33,495 nucleotides of DNA, from assembly GCA_051382335.1 (NCBI GenBank), contig JBBCAX010000103.1, positions 1 through 33,495 of the forward strand, written 5' to 3'. The notes beneath the pieces were generated by a model that was not told where the DNA came from, did not search any database, and saw only the letters and a list, made by a program, of their open reading frames with translations. The position numbers and the translations under genes were made by a program. This DNA is from Deltaproteobacteria bacterium TL4. Lineage in GTDB: Bacteria > SAR324 > NAC60-12. Shown in pieces: positions 9,327-18,976 of the stretch (its first letter is position 1; each line of letters starts with the position of its first letter).

Positions 9327-10639
9327 ACCGACTTCAATTATTGAGTCATAAAATCCTCCAAGGGGTTTTTATGACTCTTTTCATTTTATACCTCCCTGTT
9401 TTGGCCATTGCGGAGCCTGTCTTAAAGTTCCGTGGTGGTCAAATCTCGCCAGGAACCTTCCAATTGCTTTATCAAAGCGACTTTGCGAGTCAAAAAGATC
9501 CCAACCTGGTTGTGGAATTACTCGAAAAAAGAGAAACCAAGGGCGCTCTTGCGACAAAAAGAGGTTTGAATGAGGATCGCAACTATGCTTTGTTTTTTAT
9601 CCTAAAAAAACGGAGCCGCATTGCGCGACAGGCTCAGTTGACGTGGCGCAATTTACATCCTTCCCATAATGAAAAAAACTTTGAATATGTGCGCATTTGG
9701 CGTTATTTGGAATTTGATATTGATTTAAATCGCCTGACTCAACAGCTTTCTGCTTATCTTGATAAGACAGGGATTCATACGCGCCTGACGATTGATCCAG
9801 AAAAATTGAATATAGGGTCCTGGAGTGAAGGAACCATCACGTTGGCAATGCTCCAGAAAGAAATGTTGCCGGAAAAATGGGAAAGGATGTTGAGTTATCA
9901 TTCGATTCCTCAACGTCAGTCCTTGCAGGAAAGTTTGGAATTGTGGACGAATGAAATTCTGAGTCAGAAAGCGGTGGAACATTTTAAAGCGGATGAACAA
10001 GAGTTAGCTCGTCAAGATCACAATAGTGTCGCGGACTCTTATTTAACGATGAAATACGCGCAAGGCTGGAAGGGGATTTATCCGGTAAAACCCATTGAAA
10101 TTCCTTTTCAACCTACAGAGTTACTCGAACATTTTTTAAAAATGAAAAATACTATCCAAAAAATAGAATGGGTTGAATATCGCTATACGATTGTTAAAGA
10201 TGCGGCTGCCGCTAAGTCTTTTCGAGACGCGCTCAAAAAAAATAATGATTTTATGGACTTAGCCCGCCAGTATGCGGTGAGTCCTCACTATGTTGAAACC
10301 GCGAAAAAACAGCGTGTTCCTCGTATCCATCCCAAGTATGGTCCCGAACAGGATCATCTCCGACCTTTTATTGAGAGGCAAGTCCTGGCTTTTGCAAAAA
10401 CGGAAAACCTTGATATTCAGCAAATGCCTTCAGAAGAAGGGATCAAACTGATTCAAATTCTCAACATCCAAAAAGAAAACAAGGAGGTTCAGTTTGCTGA
10501 TTATCGGACGCTGGTCAGAATGGATTTGCAGAAGAAAATTCTAACGCGTCAATTACCTATTGAACTGCAAGACGTTCAGAATGAACTTCATTTTCAGGTG
10601 AACTTATCGTACGATGCGTCTCAATTTCACTGGAAATAA
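9323..10639 (+). CDS. Exported PpiC/SurA-like peptidyl-prolyl isomerase/foldase (divergent)
   Basis: Signal-like N-terminus. C-terminal IVKDAAAAKSFRDALKKNNDFMDLARQYA and SEEGIKLIQI resemble parvulin motifs. ATGA overlap with the PLC gene. Confidence 0.6.
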   Translation: MNRLQLLSHKILQGVFMTLFILYLPVLAIAEPVLKFRGGQISPGTFQLLYQSDFASQKDPNLVVELLEKRETKGALATKRGLNEDRNYALFFILKKRSRIARQAQLTWRNLHPSHNEKNFEYVRIWRYLEFDIDLNRLTQQLSAYLDKTGIHTRLTIDPEKLNIGSWSEGTITLAMLQKEMLPEKWERMLSYHSIPQRQSLQESLELWTNEILSQKAVEHFKADEQELARQDHNSVADSYLTMKYAQGWKGIYPVKPIEIPFQPTELLEHFLKMKNTIQKIEWVEYRYTIVKDAAAAKSFRDALKKNNDFMDLARQYAVSPHYVETAKKQRVPRIHPKYGPEQDHLRPFIERQVLAFAKTENLDIQQMPSEEGIKLIQILNIQKENKEVQFADYRTLVRMDLQKKILTRQLPIELQDVQNELHFQVNLSYDASQFHWK

Positions 10640-10648
10640 AAAAGGAAG

Positions 10649-10680
10649 GGACACACCCTGTCTCCAAAGACAAGGTGTCC
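10649..10680. terminator. Imperfect hairpin between convergent genes
   Basis: GGACACACCCTGTCT-CCAA-AGACAAGGTGTCC lies between stops at 10639 and 10691; an A-run precedes it (U-tail for the minus strand). Confidence 0.45.
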
Positions 10681-10690
10681 TGGGTGACGC

Positions 10691-12028
10691 TTATTCAAGG
10701 AAAAGGTAATCGGTCCGATCTTGGTGTTTTTCCATAGCGAAGGCTTCTTTGGATTTATAGATTTTATCCACGAGTTGAATGTATCGTTTGATTCGGGGTG
10801 CGATTTCAGGAGTGATTTCATCGGAATGTTCTTGGTAATACTTGATCATTAGAGCAATAGAAGCCTTGGCGGAAGAGTGCTCGCCTAAGTAGACGCCTAA
10901 GGCGACCACACGGAAACAACACCGGAAAAAGTGCTCCCCTGTGGCACTAGGTAATATCTTACGGTAAGCGCCTAAAGCCACACTCAAAAACTCGTGTTCG
11001 CGGTCCATTGATTTTTCGATCTTTGACAGCAACGCCGCCTTTAGTGAATACTCTCCAATTTTGTGTATTTCTCCTTCAAAATTATGCTCGTCATATTTGT
11101 AAAGAAGTTCAGAGGTTCGCATTGCGAGCTGATACGCCAGTATTCCATTTTCAATGGTCCGTTCTATCTTGTACATGGAGTCCGGAAGATTTCCCATCAT
11201 CTCTTTCATTTCTGCCAATTGAGGGAGTAAGGCTTTTTGTAACGCTTTATCTTCCAGAATACTATGTGAGGGATTTTGAGAGTGTCTGAACGCATTGATG
11301 GTATTGCTCGCAAAAAAAGTTTCTGGGCAAACACTCACTTCCAAGGCCGTAAAGTTGCAGAAATCATGATTTGAGGTAGGTCCGACATACTCCGGAATCA
11401 AGAAAAAGTTAGGTTTCATGATCTGGCTGTTGGGTTTCAAAGCGTAACTTTTGAAAGTTGGCAGATCGGAGCCTAAAAAGCAGCTTAATTTAATGGCAAC
11501 CAAAGATTTGTTACTCGCCTTGATTGCCGCTTTCTTCTGGTTTTCCTTGGATTCATCAAAGTACTGCTCAGAACTAAAACAAGCTTCAACACTAAACATA
11601 CCGTCATCCGTCTTAAACGGAATGACTGCGACCGGCCCTTTGGCTGGATGTTCTATTAGGTGACCTTCTCCCCTCAAGATTTGAGGAATACCAGCCTTAA
11701 AAACGTATCCTTCTTCTGCAAGCGTTCTACGGGCTTCTCCAGAGATCATGTTTGTTAATTCACCTACAGCATCCGCAACATCGTCATTCAGCTTCGTGTA
11801 CGACTCTCCAAGCATATTATTCACAATGCCAACAATCGCAGGTTCACTGAAGGTCAAACTGATGCTTCCATTGGTGCCTCCACTCAGGCCAATGATTGCG
11901 GAAATGATACCCGTGGCTTCCTGACCCTCTTTTTTGTAAGGTCGACCAGGTTTCGCTTCGGTTTGTGCCATTGTCTTCAACACCTTCATGGTTGAAGCCA
12001 GAAAAGGATTGATGTATTCTATTTGCAT
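10691..12028 (-). CDS. CheX-family chemotaxis phosphatase domain fused to an unknown ~290-aa C-terminal region
   Basis: N-terminal EYINPF..ISAIIGLSG..GSISLTF..DAVGELTNMISG (ExxN motif)..IPF..G.F.VE covers ~150 aa; the remainder is not recognised. Confidence 0.85.
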   Translation of the reverse strand: MQIEYINPFLASTMKVLKTMAQTEAKPGRPYKKEGQEATGIISAIIGLSGGTNGSISLTFSEPAIVGIVNNMLGESYTKLNDDVADAVGELTNMISGEARRTLAEEGYVFKAGIPQILRGEGHLIEHPAKGPVAVIPFKTDDGMFSVEACFSSEQYFDESKENQKKAAIKASNKSLVAIKLSCFLGSDLPTFKSYALKPNSQIMKPNFFLIPEYVGPTSNHDFCNFTALEVSVCPETFFASNTINAFRHSQNPSHSILEDKALQKALLPQLAEMKEMMGNLPDSMYKIERTIENGILAYQLAMRTSELLYKYDEHNFEGEIHKIGEYSLKAALLSKIEKSMDREHEFLSVALGAYRKILPSATGEHFFRCCFRVVALGVYLGEHSSAKASIALMIKYYQEHSDEITPEIAPRIKRYIQLVDKIYKSKEAFAMEKHQDRTDYLFLE

Positions 12029-12535
12029 TCGACTCTTTCTAAGAACCCATTATGCTCTGTGCACAGAACTAAGGGAACCCTTATTTGCATGGAGCTCCCT
12101 AATATGGTTTAAAGTACGAAAATGACTGGATTCACTTTTATTTTTGTTTTACGATAGACGGACTTTTATCAGATAATCATAAACTCGTTGACTCAATCAC
12201 AACAGGTCTGAGTCTGAATGTAGTATTCTTTGCTCTTCAGTACCATCTCAAGCGAAGTGAAATACTTTCATCTAGAGTATTTCACAAATTAGGGATAAAG
12301 AGTCAAACCTTTTTGACTGTTACAGCTATTTAATTATTTTTGTTCCTATGAGGACGCTCTACAAAAGCCAAAGAGATGCGTTTATATCTGGTAGAAACAC
12401 TTAAAAAAGTGTATACATATGCCATACCTGTTTGTGTCTTGTCCAATTAAAAATAATACGCAATAGCTTGATCTTTTTGTTAAAATGAATTCTGCTCCGG
12501 GCAGAAAAGTCTAAAAATAAGTCCTTTGTGCGTCT

Positions 12536-12961
12536 ATGCGAAAAATAATTGTAATGAGTAGTCTCTTTCTTACCTTATCGGGTTTTGTTTTATTGTACCG
12601 TACTGAAATTGTTTGGGAAAGTTCAGTATCGTTAATGTCGGTTCTACATCTTTGGACAGGGATGTTCTTTATCGTTATTTTTCCAATGTATACCTGGGAT
12701 CATGTTCGGACGCTAAAGCAGCTTTCCTGGATCTCATTTTCAGGTGTTGTTCAGTGGGTTGCAGGGATAGTGTTGATATTATCGGGGGTTGTCTTGATGT
12801 TATATGGAGCAGAATCGTTATCGCTTCCTACCAAAATTCATACGATCTTCACCTTTGTCTTGATATCCGGTTTGATCGTTCACTCTGTGTTTGTCAGGAA
12901 TTTTTTTTTAAAAAAAGGAGATCCCGTCCATACGGAAGGCGAAAAGAGGGCATCCTCATAG
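12536..12961 (+). CDS. Small membrane protein with four His in or near TM helices (cytochrome b-like)
   Basis: Four hydrophobic segments; His in VLHLW, WDHV, KIHT and IVHS. Confidence 0.6.
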   Translation: MRKIIVMSSLFLTLSGFVLLYRTEIVWESSVSLMSVLHLWTGMFFIVIFPMYTWDHVRTLKQLSWISFSGVVQWVAGIVLILSGVVLMLYGAESLSLPTKIHTIFTFVLISGLIVHSVFVRNFFLKKGDPVHTEGEKRASS

Positions 12962-13002
12962 CTTGCCATTTTTTCAGTCCCATGAATAAAGCCATTTAAA
13001 AG

Positions 13003-14589
13003 GTGTTTATGAATTTAAATGATCGGTTTGTAGAAATCATGGATACAACCTTGAGGGATGGTGAACAAACTCAAGGTGTTTCTTTTACACCCGCAGAGAA
13101 AACGAACATTGCGAAAGCACTATTGAAAAAACTACACGTTGATCGAATTGAAGTTGCCTCCGCCAGGGTCTCAGAAGGAGAGCAAGAGGCGGTTAGGAAT
13201 ATTACCTCCTGGGCCCAAAGTGAAGGTTTTTTGGATAAAATCGAAGTCTTGGGCTTTATTGATCATCAAATTAGTGTGGATTGGATCGTTGACGCAGGAG
13301 GAACAACTCTCAATTTATTGACTAAGGGCAGTGAGCGTCACTGTGTCCAACAGTTAAGAAAAAATTTAGACACCCATATCAAGGACATTCGTCAAACGAT
13401 TAAGTATGCCCAAAAGAAAGGCCTGTCAATCAACGTCTATTTAGAAGACTGGTCTAATGGTTACCGTGATAAAGTGGAATATGTGTATTCATTTATGGAC
13501 CAATTGAAGGATCATGGTATTTTAAGGTTTATGTTGCCAGATACCTTAGGGGTGATGTCTCCGGATGAAGTGTATACCAGTCTCACGGATATGGTTGCCC
13601 GTTTTCCCTGGGCCCATTTTGATTTTCATCCCCATAATGATTATGGACTTGGAACCGCTAATGTTTTGTTTGCGGTCAAGGCCGGCGTGAGGAGTGTGCA
13701 TTGTACGATGAACTGTCTGGGTGAACGTGCTGGAAACGCCTCTCTTGCAGAAGTTTGTGTTGCGTTAAAAGATAAATTAGGGATGGAGTTGTCTATTGAT
13801 GAAAGCAAGTTATCGTCTTTAAGTGAAATGCTTGAAAGTTTTTCTGGAAAACGGGTTGCTGCCAATACTCCCATCGTCGGCGATGATGTGTTTACGCAAA
13901 CCAGCGGCATCCATGCGGACGGAGACAATAAAGCAAGGTTGTATGAAAATCCCATTCATCCAGAGCGCTTTGGACGGAAACGCAGTTATGCCCTCGGGAA
14001 AATGAGTGGAAAAGCGTCTTTGGTTAACAATTTGGAGCAGTTAGGTCTTCAGCTTTCGGATGAAAATATAAGAAAAGTGTTAGCCAAAGTTGTTGAATTG
14101 GGAGATTCCAAAAAGATTGTGACTCAGGCTGACCTCCCTTTCATCATTACTGATGTTCTTGAGAGTAGTGAGCAAAACCGAGTTCGATTAGTCAATAGTT
14201 CCATAACCAGTGGCCTTGGTTTGCAAGCGGTGGCAACGATTTGTGTGGCTATTGATGGGAAAATATATTCAGAGGCCGGTAGTGGCAATGGCGGGTATGA
14301 TGCGTTCATGACGGCAATTAAAAAAATATTAGTACGGCGCAAGATTCCCTGTCCCGTACTGGCTAATTATGAAATCCATATTCCTCGGGGTGGAAAAACC
14401 AGTGCTTTGACTGAAGCGACCATTACCTGGGAACGAGAGGGAAAACAATTAAAAACAGTAGGAATCGATTCGGATCAAGTCATTGCCGCTGTGAATGCAA
14501 CCTTGAAAATGATTAATCTTCAACTGATGAATCTTGAAAATACCAAGAAGAGTAGGGAAGATACCCCTTTAAAAGGAGCAACAGCTTGA
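13003..14589 (+). CDS. cimA: (R)-citramalate synthase (LeuA/CimA family, Leptospira/Bacteroides-type)
   Basis: DTTLRDGEQ, LNLLTKGS, VYLEDWSNG, LPDTLG, HPHND, GERAGN and a C-terminal LeuA regulatory domain. The start may be the ATG at 13009. Confidence 0.85.
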   Translation: MFMNLNDRFVEIMDTTLRDGEQTQGVSFTPAEKTNIAKALLKKLHVDRIEVASARVSEGEQEAVRNITSWAQSEGFLDKIEVLGFIDHQISVDWIVDAGGTTLNLLTKGSERHCVQQLRKNLDTHIKDIRQTIKYAQKKGLSINVYLEDWSNGYRDKVEYVYSFMDQLKDHGILRFMLPDTLGVMSPDEVYTSLTDMVARFPWAHFDFHPHNDYGLGTANVLFAVKAGVRSVHCTMNCLGERAGNASLAEVCVALKDKLGMELSIDESKLSSLSEMLESFSGKRVAANTPIVGDDVFTQTSGIHADGDNKARLYENPIHPERFGRKRSYALGKMSGKASLVNNLEQLGLQLSDENIRKVLAKVVELGDSKKIVTQADLPFIITDVLESSEQNRVRLVNSSITSGLGLQAVATICVAIDGKIYSEAGSGNGGYDAFMTAIKKILVRRKIPCPVLANYEIHIPRGGKTSALTEATITWEREGKQLKTVGIDSDQVIAAVNATLKMINLQLMNLENTKKSREDTPLKGATA

Positions 14590-14666
14590 CAGCGTTGTTT
14601 TTGAGAGTCACCTTATAGTGATCTCGGAACTCCTGTTTGTCCTGGCATGAAAATCCAACTTCGATT

Positions 14667-14745
14667 ATCGTTCCTGCGAAGGCAGGAATTCATTCGGTTT
14701 CAAGGGTTATCCGCGGGACAGGATCCGCGCTTTTGCAGGCATGAC
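14667..14745. repeat. Degenerate (C)GTC-type REP doublet between cimA and purC
   Basis: ATCGTTCCTGCGAAGGCAGGAATTC and inverted GGATCCGCGCTTTTGCAGGCATGAC resemble the GTCATTCCNGCGAANGCNGGAATCC palindrome type. Confidence 0.65.
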
Positions 14746-14822
14746 ATAAGGAAAAAACTCTGCCCGAAACCACTTGTGTCACTCTACTATAAGTCTTATA
14801 ATCATTTAGAAATAAGGATAGT

Positions 14823-15716
14823 ATGTTATTAGAAGGCAAAACTAAAAGATTAGTACCTGGTCCCGTGGCAGGATCAGTAGTTTTAGAAACCAAAGATGAA
14901 CTCACCGCAGGAGATGCTGCCAAAAAAGCGACCATTGAAGGGCTTGCTCACCATAAAACGGTTCAATGCGCCAATGTGTTTTCCTTATTGCAAGCCCAGG
15001 GTATTCCAACCGCCTTTATTGAACAACACAGTGATTGCGCGCTCCTTTGCTACGACTGTGATATGCTTCCTCTGGAGTTGGTCACTAGGCGTTATGCTTG
15101 GGGAAGCGTTTTGAAACGAGAGCCTCAATTAATACAGAAGGATGGGGCTCCTTTTCGATTTAAAGACCTTCGCTGTGAATTTTATCACAAGTGGGCTGTG
15201 ATTATGCCTCCACTCACGGAGGTTCCCATTCAAATGCAGGAAGGCAAAGCCAGGGCGCTTTATTTGAAAGACGGAATCTGGGCCAGCGGAATTTACACTG
15301 ATCCGTATGTACATATCAAACAAGGCCAGTGGAGTTTGCATTCTCCCAAAATTCCTTTGGAGGCTTCTAAGCCTTTAATGACGATTGATCCGGTGTGTGA
15401 TGAAAAGGAAAGAAACTATATCTTGAAAGAACTGATGATTCCTTGCTTTGAAACCTTAGAAAAGGCATGGCAAAAGGTAAACACTGAGTTTGGAAAAGTG
15501 GCTTTAGCGGACATTAAAATTGAAGTGGGTCGTCGAAAAAAGGATGGTGTTTTAGTTATTGCCGATGTGATTGATAATGACAGCTGGCGTATTTGGCCTG
15601 GTGCGGATCCTAAACGACAGTTGGATAAACAAAACTTTCGAGATGGGCACCCCTTAAGTGTGGTTTCCGATAACTATGCGCTGGTCGCAGAGCTGACTCG
15701 TGAGTTTTTAATCTAA
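14823..15716 (+). CDS. purC: SAICAR synthetase (PAICS-like PurC subtype)
   Basis: EGKTK, KDELTAGDA, MLPLELVTRRYAWGS.LKR.P, DIKIEVG, ADVIDNDSWRIWP and LDKQ.FRD. Confidence 0.9.
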   Translation: MLLEGKTKRLVPGPVAGSVVLETKDELTAGDAAKKATIEGLAHHKTVQCANVFSLLQAQGIPTAFIEQHSDCALLCYDCDMLPLELVTRRYAWGSVLKREPQLIQKDGAPFRFKDLRCEFYHKWAVIMPPLTEVPIQMQEGKARALYLKDGIWASGIYTDPYVHIKQGQWSLHSPKIPLEASKPLMTIDPVCDEKERNYILKELMIPCFETLEKAWQKVNTEFGKVALADIKIEVGRRKKDGVLVIADVIDNDSWRIWPGADPKRQLDKQNFRDGHPLSVVSDNYALVAELTREFLI

Positions 15717-15736
15717 TTCTATATAGAAGAAAAGCA

Positions 15737-17071
15737 ATGGCACGAACAAACAAGAATAGTCCAATTCCCTTATACAATCTGGAAAATACAGCTTTTTTAT
15801 TACTGACCGCAAATCCCGCGGGTTTTCATCATTTAATGCTTGCGGAGTGTGCCTTACGTCAGATGCCTGAGCTTAAAAAAATAGTGTTTGTTATTTCTAA
15901 TGGGAAGCATCCTGATCCAACTAAGACAACCCTCATTCCTGAGAAGCACTTGCGTTTGGAGATCTTGCGGTCTTTGCTAAAAGAATATAAGGATCCTCAA
16001 AAAAGTTACTTAGCTCAGTTGGCAAAAGAAAGGGAGGAGTTTCTGCGTCTCTATGATGCAGTGCTGGAAATATCGACGATTGAATTTGACCAGGATTTAG
16101 CTTTTCGCTTGAGTGACCACCTACGTTTTATCCGCAAGCAATCTCATTTTAGCTCGCATTCTCAAGCGATTAAGATTATTGTTGGCGCAGACTTGTTAAA
16201 TCGTATCAATAATCCCAATATCTTTTCTGACATGGATCTTGAGGAGTTGCAGAGTTCAGGAGAATTTCTGGCGTTACCAAGAGACCATTATGATATTGAT
16301 CAAGAACTGCTTCAAATTCAAAAAGGCCGTAAAACAACCCTCCAGTATGATAAGTTAGATGCTGAATTGTTGCCAGAGTCTTTAAGGATTTTTCTGAAGC
16401 TTTCTTCAACGCAATTGCGCTGTACGGTTCAAGCCGGCCATTCCCTCAAGTGTTACTTGCCCACCTCTACAGCAGAGATGTTGTATTCTTTTGATCTCTA
16501 TCGGGAAGGCGTCGATGATGTATCCATGACTGAGTGGAATCGTCGTTGCTGGCAGTTTGAACAGGAACTTGATAAATTGATCGCCCACTTGAAAAGGGTT
16601 CTGGATGAACGAGCTCGTCAAGGGTTGTCCCATACCCTGGCCATCGTTGAAACGTCAACAGGAGGAAAAATCGCTTCTGCCTTCACTAGTTGGCCTGGGG
16701 CCTCAGCGCATTTCAAAGAAAGTCTGATTCCCTATGATTATGACGCAAAAGCACGCTTATTGAGACAAGCACCCACCCAAGAAGCCATTGTTTCCAAGGC
16801 TATGGCAATGGGCTTAGCGCAGGCTTATCAAGCGCAAACTAATGCAGATATCGTCTTGGCAGAGACCGGAATGGCAGGTCCGCCTGATGGGTATCATCGA
16901 AGCAGTAAAAATGGCCAGTGTTGTCTGGCCTTAATGGTAAAAGGTGTTCCCTATCACACGCTAATACAAAGCAATCCTTTTCTGAGTAAGAAGGAACATC
17001 AATTACAATTTTCGGCATGTGCCGCTCAATGGGTCGCAAGGGTTTTGGAATCGCTGGAAGACACTGATTGA
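15737..17071 (+). CDS. NadD-like nucleotidyltransferase fused to a CinA/PncC (NMN deamidase-like) domain
   Basis: N-terminal ANPAGFHHL..A, RLEIL, ISTIE, IIVGADL and LSSTQLR. C-terminal AIVETSTGG.IAS, GASAHF, Y..DAK, VS..MA..LA and ETGMAGP. Confidence 0.8.
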   Translation: MARTNKNSPIPLYNLENTAFLLLTANPAGFHHLMLAECALRQMPELKKIVFVISNGKHPDPTKTTLIPEKHLRLEILRSLLKEYKDPQKSYLAQLAKEREEFLRLYDAVLEISTIEFDQDLAFRLSDHLRFIRKQSHFSSHSQAIKIIVGADLLNRINNPNIFSDMDLEELQSSGEFLALPRDHYDIDQELLQIQKGRKTTLQYDKLDAELLPESLRIFLKLSSTQLRCTVQAGHSLKCYLPTSTAEMLYSFDLYREGVDDVSMTEWNRRCWQFEQELDKLIAHLKRVLDERARQGLSHTLAIVETSTGGKIASAFTSWPGASAHFKESLIPYDYDAKARLLRQAPTQEAIVSKAMAMGLAQAYQAQTNADIVLAETGMAGPPDGYHRSSKNGQCCLALMVKGVPYHTLIQSNPFLSKKEHQLQFSACAAQWVARVLESLEDTD

Positions 17072-17235
17072 GATATTTAAACCTTATACTGTGGCGGTGT
17101 GTTTTCCGCAATTTTTAACAAGCGTTTCCTGCGTTTGTTAATCTTGGAATATTCTAGACTCCACTCCATGAGTTGTGTGTTCATCATGGGTGGAATCCCA
17201 AGCTTCTCTCCCCACATCAGTTCAGAAGAATAATT

Positions 17236-17272
17236 ACGAGCTTCAACTCACACGAGGTGAGTTGAAGCTCGT
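17236..17272. terminator. Perfect 16-bp hairpin just downstream of pntB (convergent junction)
   Basis: ACGAGCTTCAACTCAC-ACGAG-GTGAGTTGAAGCTCGT. Confidence 0.75.
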
Positions 17273-17277
17273 TGATG

Positions 17278-18669
17278 TTAGAGTTCTTTAACTGACACAA
17301 TGAGCTTTTGGAGTACATCTTTAGCGTCTCCAAACACCATTAAGGAGTTATTATTGATAAATAGCGGATTCGGGACTCCCGCGAATCCCGGACTTAAACT
17401 ACGTTTGACAATCACCACCGTTTTGGCCTTATCTACGTCGAGGATCGGCATTCCATAAATGGGACTGCTTTGGTCATCTCGTGCGGCAGGATTGGTCACG
17501 TCGTTAGCACCCAAGACGATGGCAACGTCTGTTTGAGCAAATTCCGGATTGATGACATCCATTTCCAGCAATTGCTCATAGGGGACCTCTGCTTCTGCAA
17601 GCAAGACATTCATGTGTCCCGGCATTCTTCCTGCGACGGGATGAATGGCATATTTGACTTCAACGCCTCTTTTGGTAAGCAAATCGGCCAATTCACGAGT
17701 GGCATGCTGGGCCTGAGCAACAGCCAGTCCATATCCAGGTACAAAAACCACTTTCTGCGCCGTTTCAAGAATCATTGCAATTTCATCGGTATCGGCACTG
17801 GATATTTTCCCTTCATAAAATTCCTTGCCTGGAATTGATTTTTGAGCTTCTTGACTGACGATTGCGCCTCCAAAGAGGACATTCGTCAACGAACGATTCA
17901 TCGCTTTACACATAATGTTAGTGAGAATCAATCCTGAGGCTCCAACCAGCGAACCGCTAATAATCAGACCATTGTTCACCAAAACGAATCCAGTTGCAGT
18001 GGCGGCAAGTCCTGAATAGGAATTGAGTAATGAAATCACCACAGGCATATCGGCACCGCCGATAGCAATCACTAAAAGCACCCCAAGCACGAGAGACACA
18101 ATGATGATGAGGTAAAAACTGAAGGCACTAGTAAGTGGCGCGAACAATACAATGAGGGATAACACACCTATCGCCGCAGCCACGCTCCGGATGATCAAGT
18201 TATGTTTGGGTAAAGTAAATGAGTTTTCAACAAAGCCGTTCAGCTTTCCAAAGGCCATCAAACTTCCGGAGAAGGTAACCGAACCAATGATTGCGCTGAG
18301 AATCAACGCCACAGTCCAATCCAGGCTTGGCGAATCATTGACTAAGACGTTAGACTTTTCAGTAAGAGCGGCAATAGCGACCAACAGAGAAGCACCTCCT
18401 CCAAATCCATTCAGCAGGGCAACCATTTGAGGCATTTCCGTCATTTGTACTTTTTTTGCTACATAAGCGCCAATGGCAGAACCAATCAAAATCCCAATCA
18501 AAATCCAGCCGTAGCTGACAACATTACGATCCAATAACGTGGCAATCAAAGCAATAAGCATCCCGACTGCTCCCATCATATTTCCGCGAGGAGCACTCTT
18601 GGGAGAACTTAAACCTTTTAACCCCATAATAAAGAGGATTGCCGCAATCAAATAAGCGAATTGCTCCAT
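17278..18669 (-). CDS. pntB: NAD(P) transhydrogenase subunit beta
   Basis: MTEMPQMVALLNGFGG, IGGADMPVVISLLNSYSG, PGYGLAVAQAQ, IHPVAGRMPGHMNVLLAEA and GANDVTNPAA. Confidence 0.97.
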   Translation of the reverse strand: MEQFAYLIAAILFIMGLKGLSSPKSAPRGNMMGAVGMLIALIATLLDRNVVSYGWILIGILIGSAIGAYVAKKVQMTEMPQMVALLNGFGGGASLLVAIAALTEKSNVLVNDSPSLDWTVALILSAIIGSVTFSGSLMAFGKLNGFVENSFTLPKHNLIIRSVAAAIGVLSLIVLFAPLTSAFSFYLIIIVSLVLGVLLVIAIGGADMPVVISLLNSYSGLAATATGFVLVNNGLIISGSLVGASGLILTNIMCKAMNRSLTNVLFGGAIVSQEAQKSIPGKEFYEGKISSADTDEIAMILETAQKVVFVPGYGLAVAQAQHATRELADLLTKRGVEVKYAIHPVAGRMPGHMNVLLAEAEVPYEQLLEMDVINPEFAQTDVAIVLGANDVTNPAARDDQSSPIYGMPILDVDKAKTVVIVKRSLSPGFAGVPNPLFINNNSLMVFGDAKDVLQKLIVSVKEL

Positions 18670-18672
18670 GGA

Positions 18673-18963
18673 CTATCCTTTCTTTTGTTTGAACATGTGT
18701 AACATTCTGTCAGTTACCATAAATCCTCCCACAACGTTGATCATTGCGAAAATGATGGCAACCACGCCCAAAAATGTAGAAAAACCTGTACTTCCTTCCG
18801 CGCCCCCCGAGCTTAATATTGCTCCAATGACTGAGATTCCCGAAATTGCGTTAGAACCACTCATCAATGGAGTATGCAGGGTAGGAGGGACTTTGGTAAT
18901 CACCTCATATCCAACAACGATGGCCAGCACAAAAATAGTAAGTGAAATGATCAATGTTTCCAT
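18673..18963 (-). CDS. pntAB: NAD(P) transhydrogenase alpha subunit part 2 (membrane)
   Basis: VPPTLHTPLMSGSNAISG and INVVGGFMVTDRML.MF. Confidence 0.95.
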   Translation of the reverse strand: METLIISLTIFVLAIVVGYEVITKVPPTLHTPLMSGSNAISGISVIGAILSSGGAEGSTGFSTFLGVVAIIFAMINVVGGFMVTDRMLHMFKQKKG

Positions 18964-18976
18964 AAATCCTCTTTTG

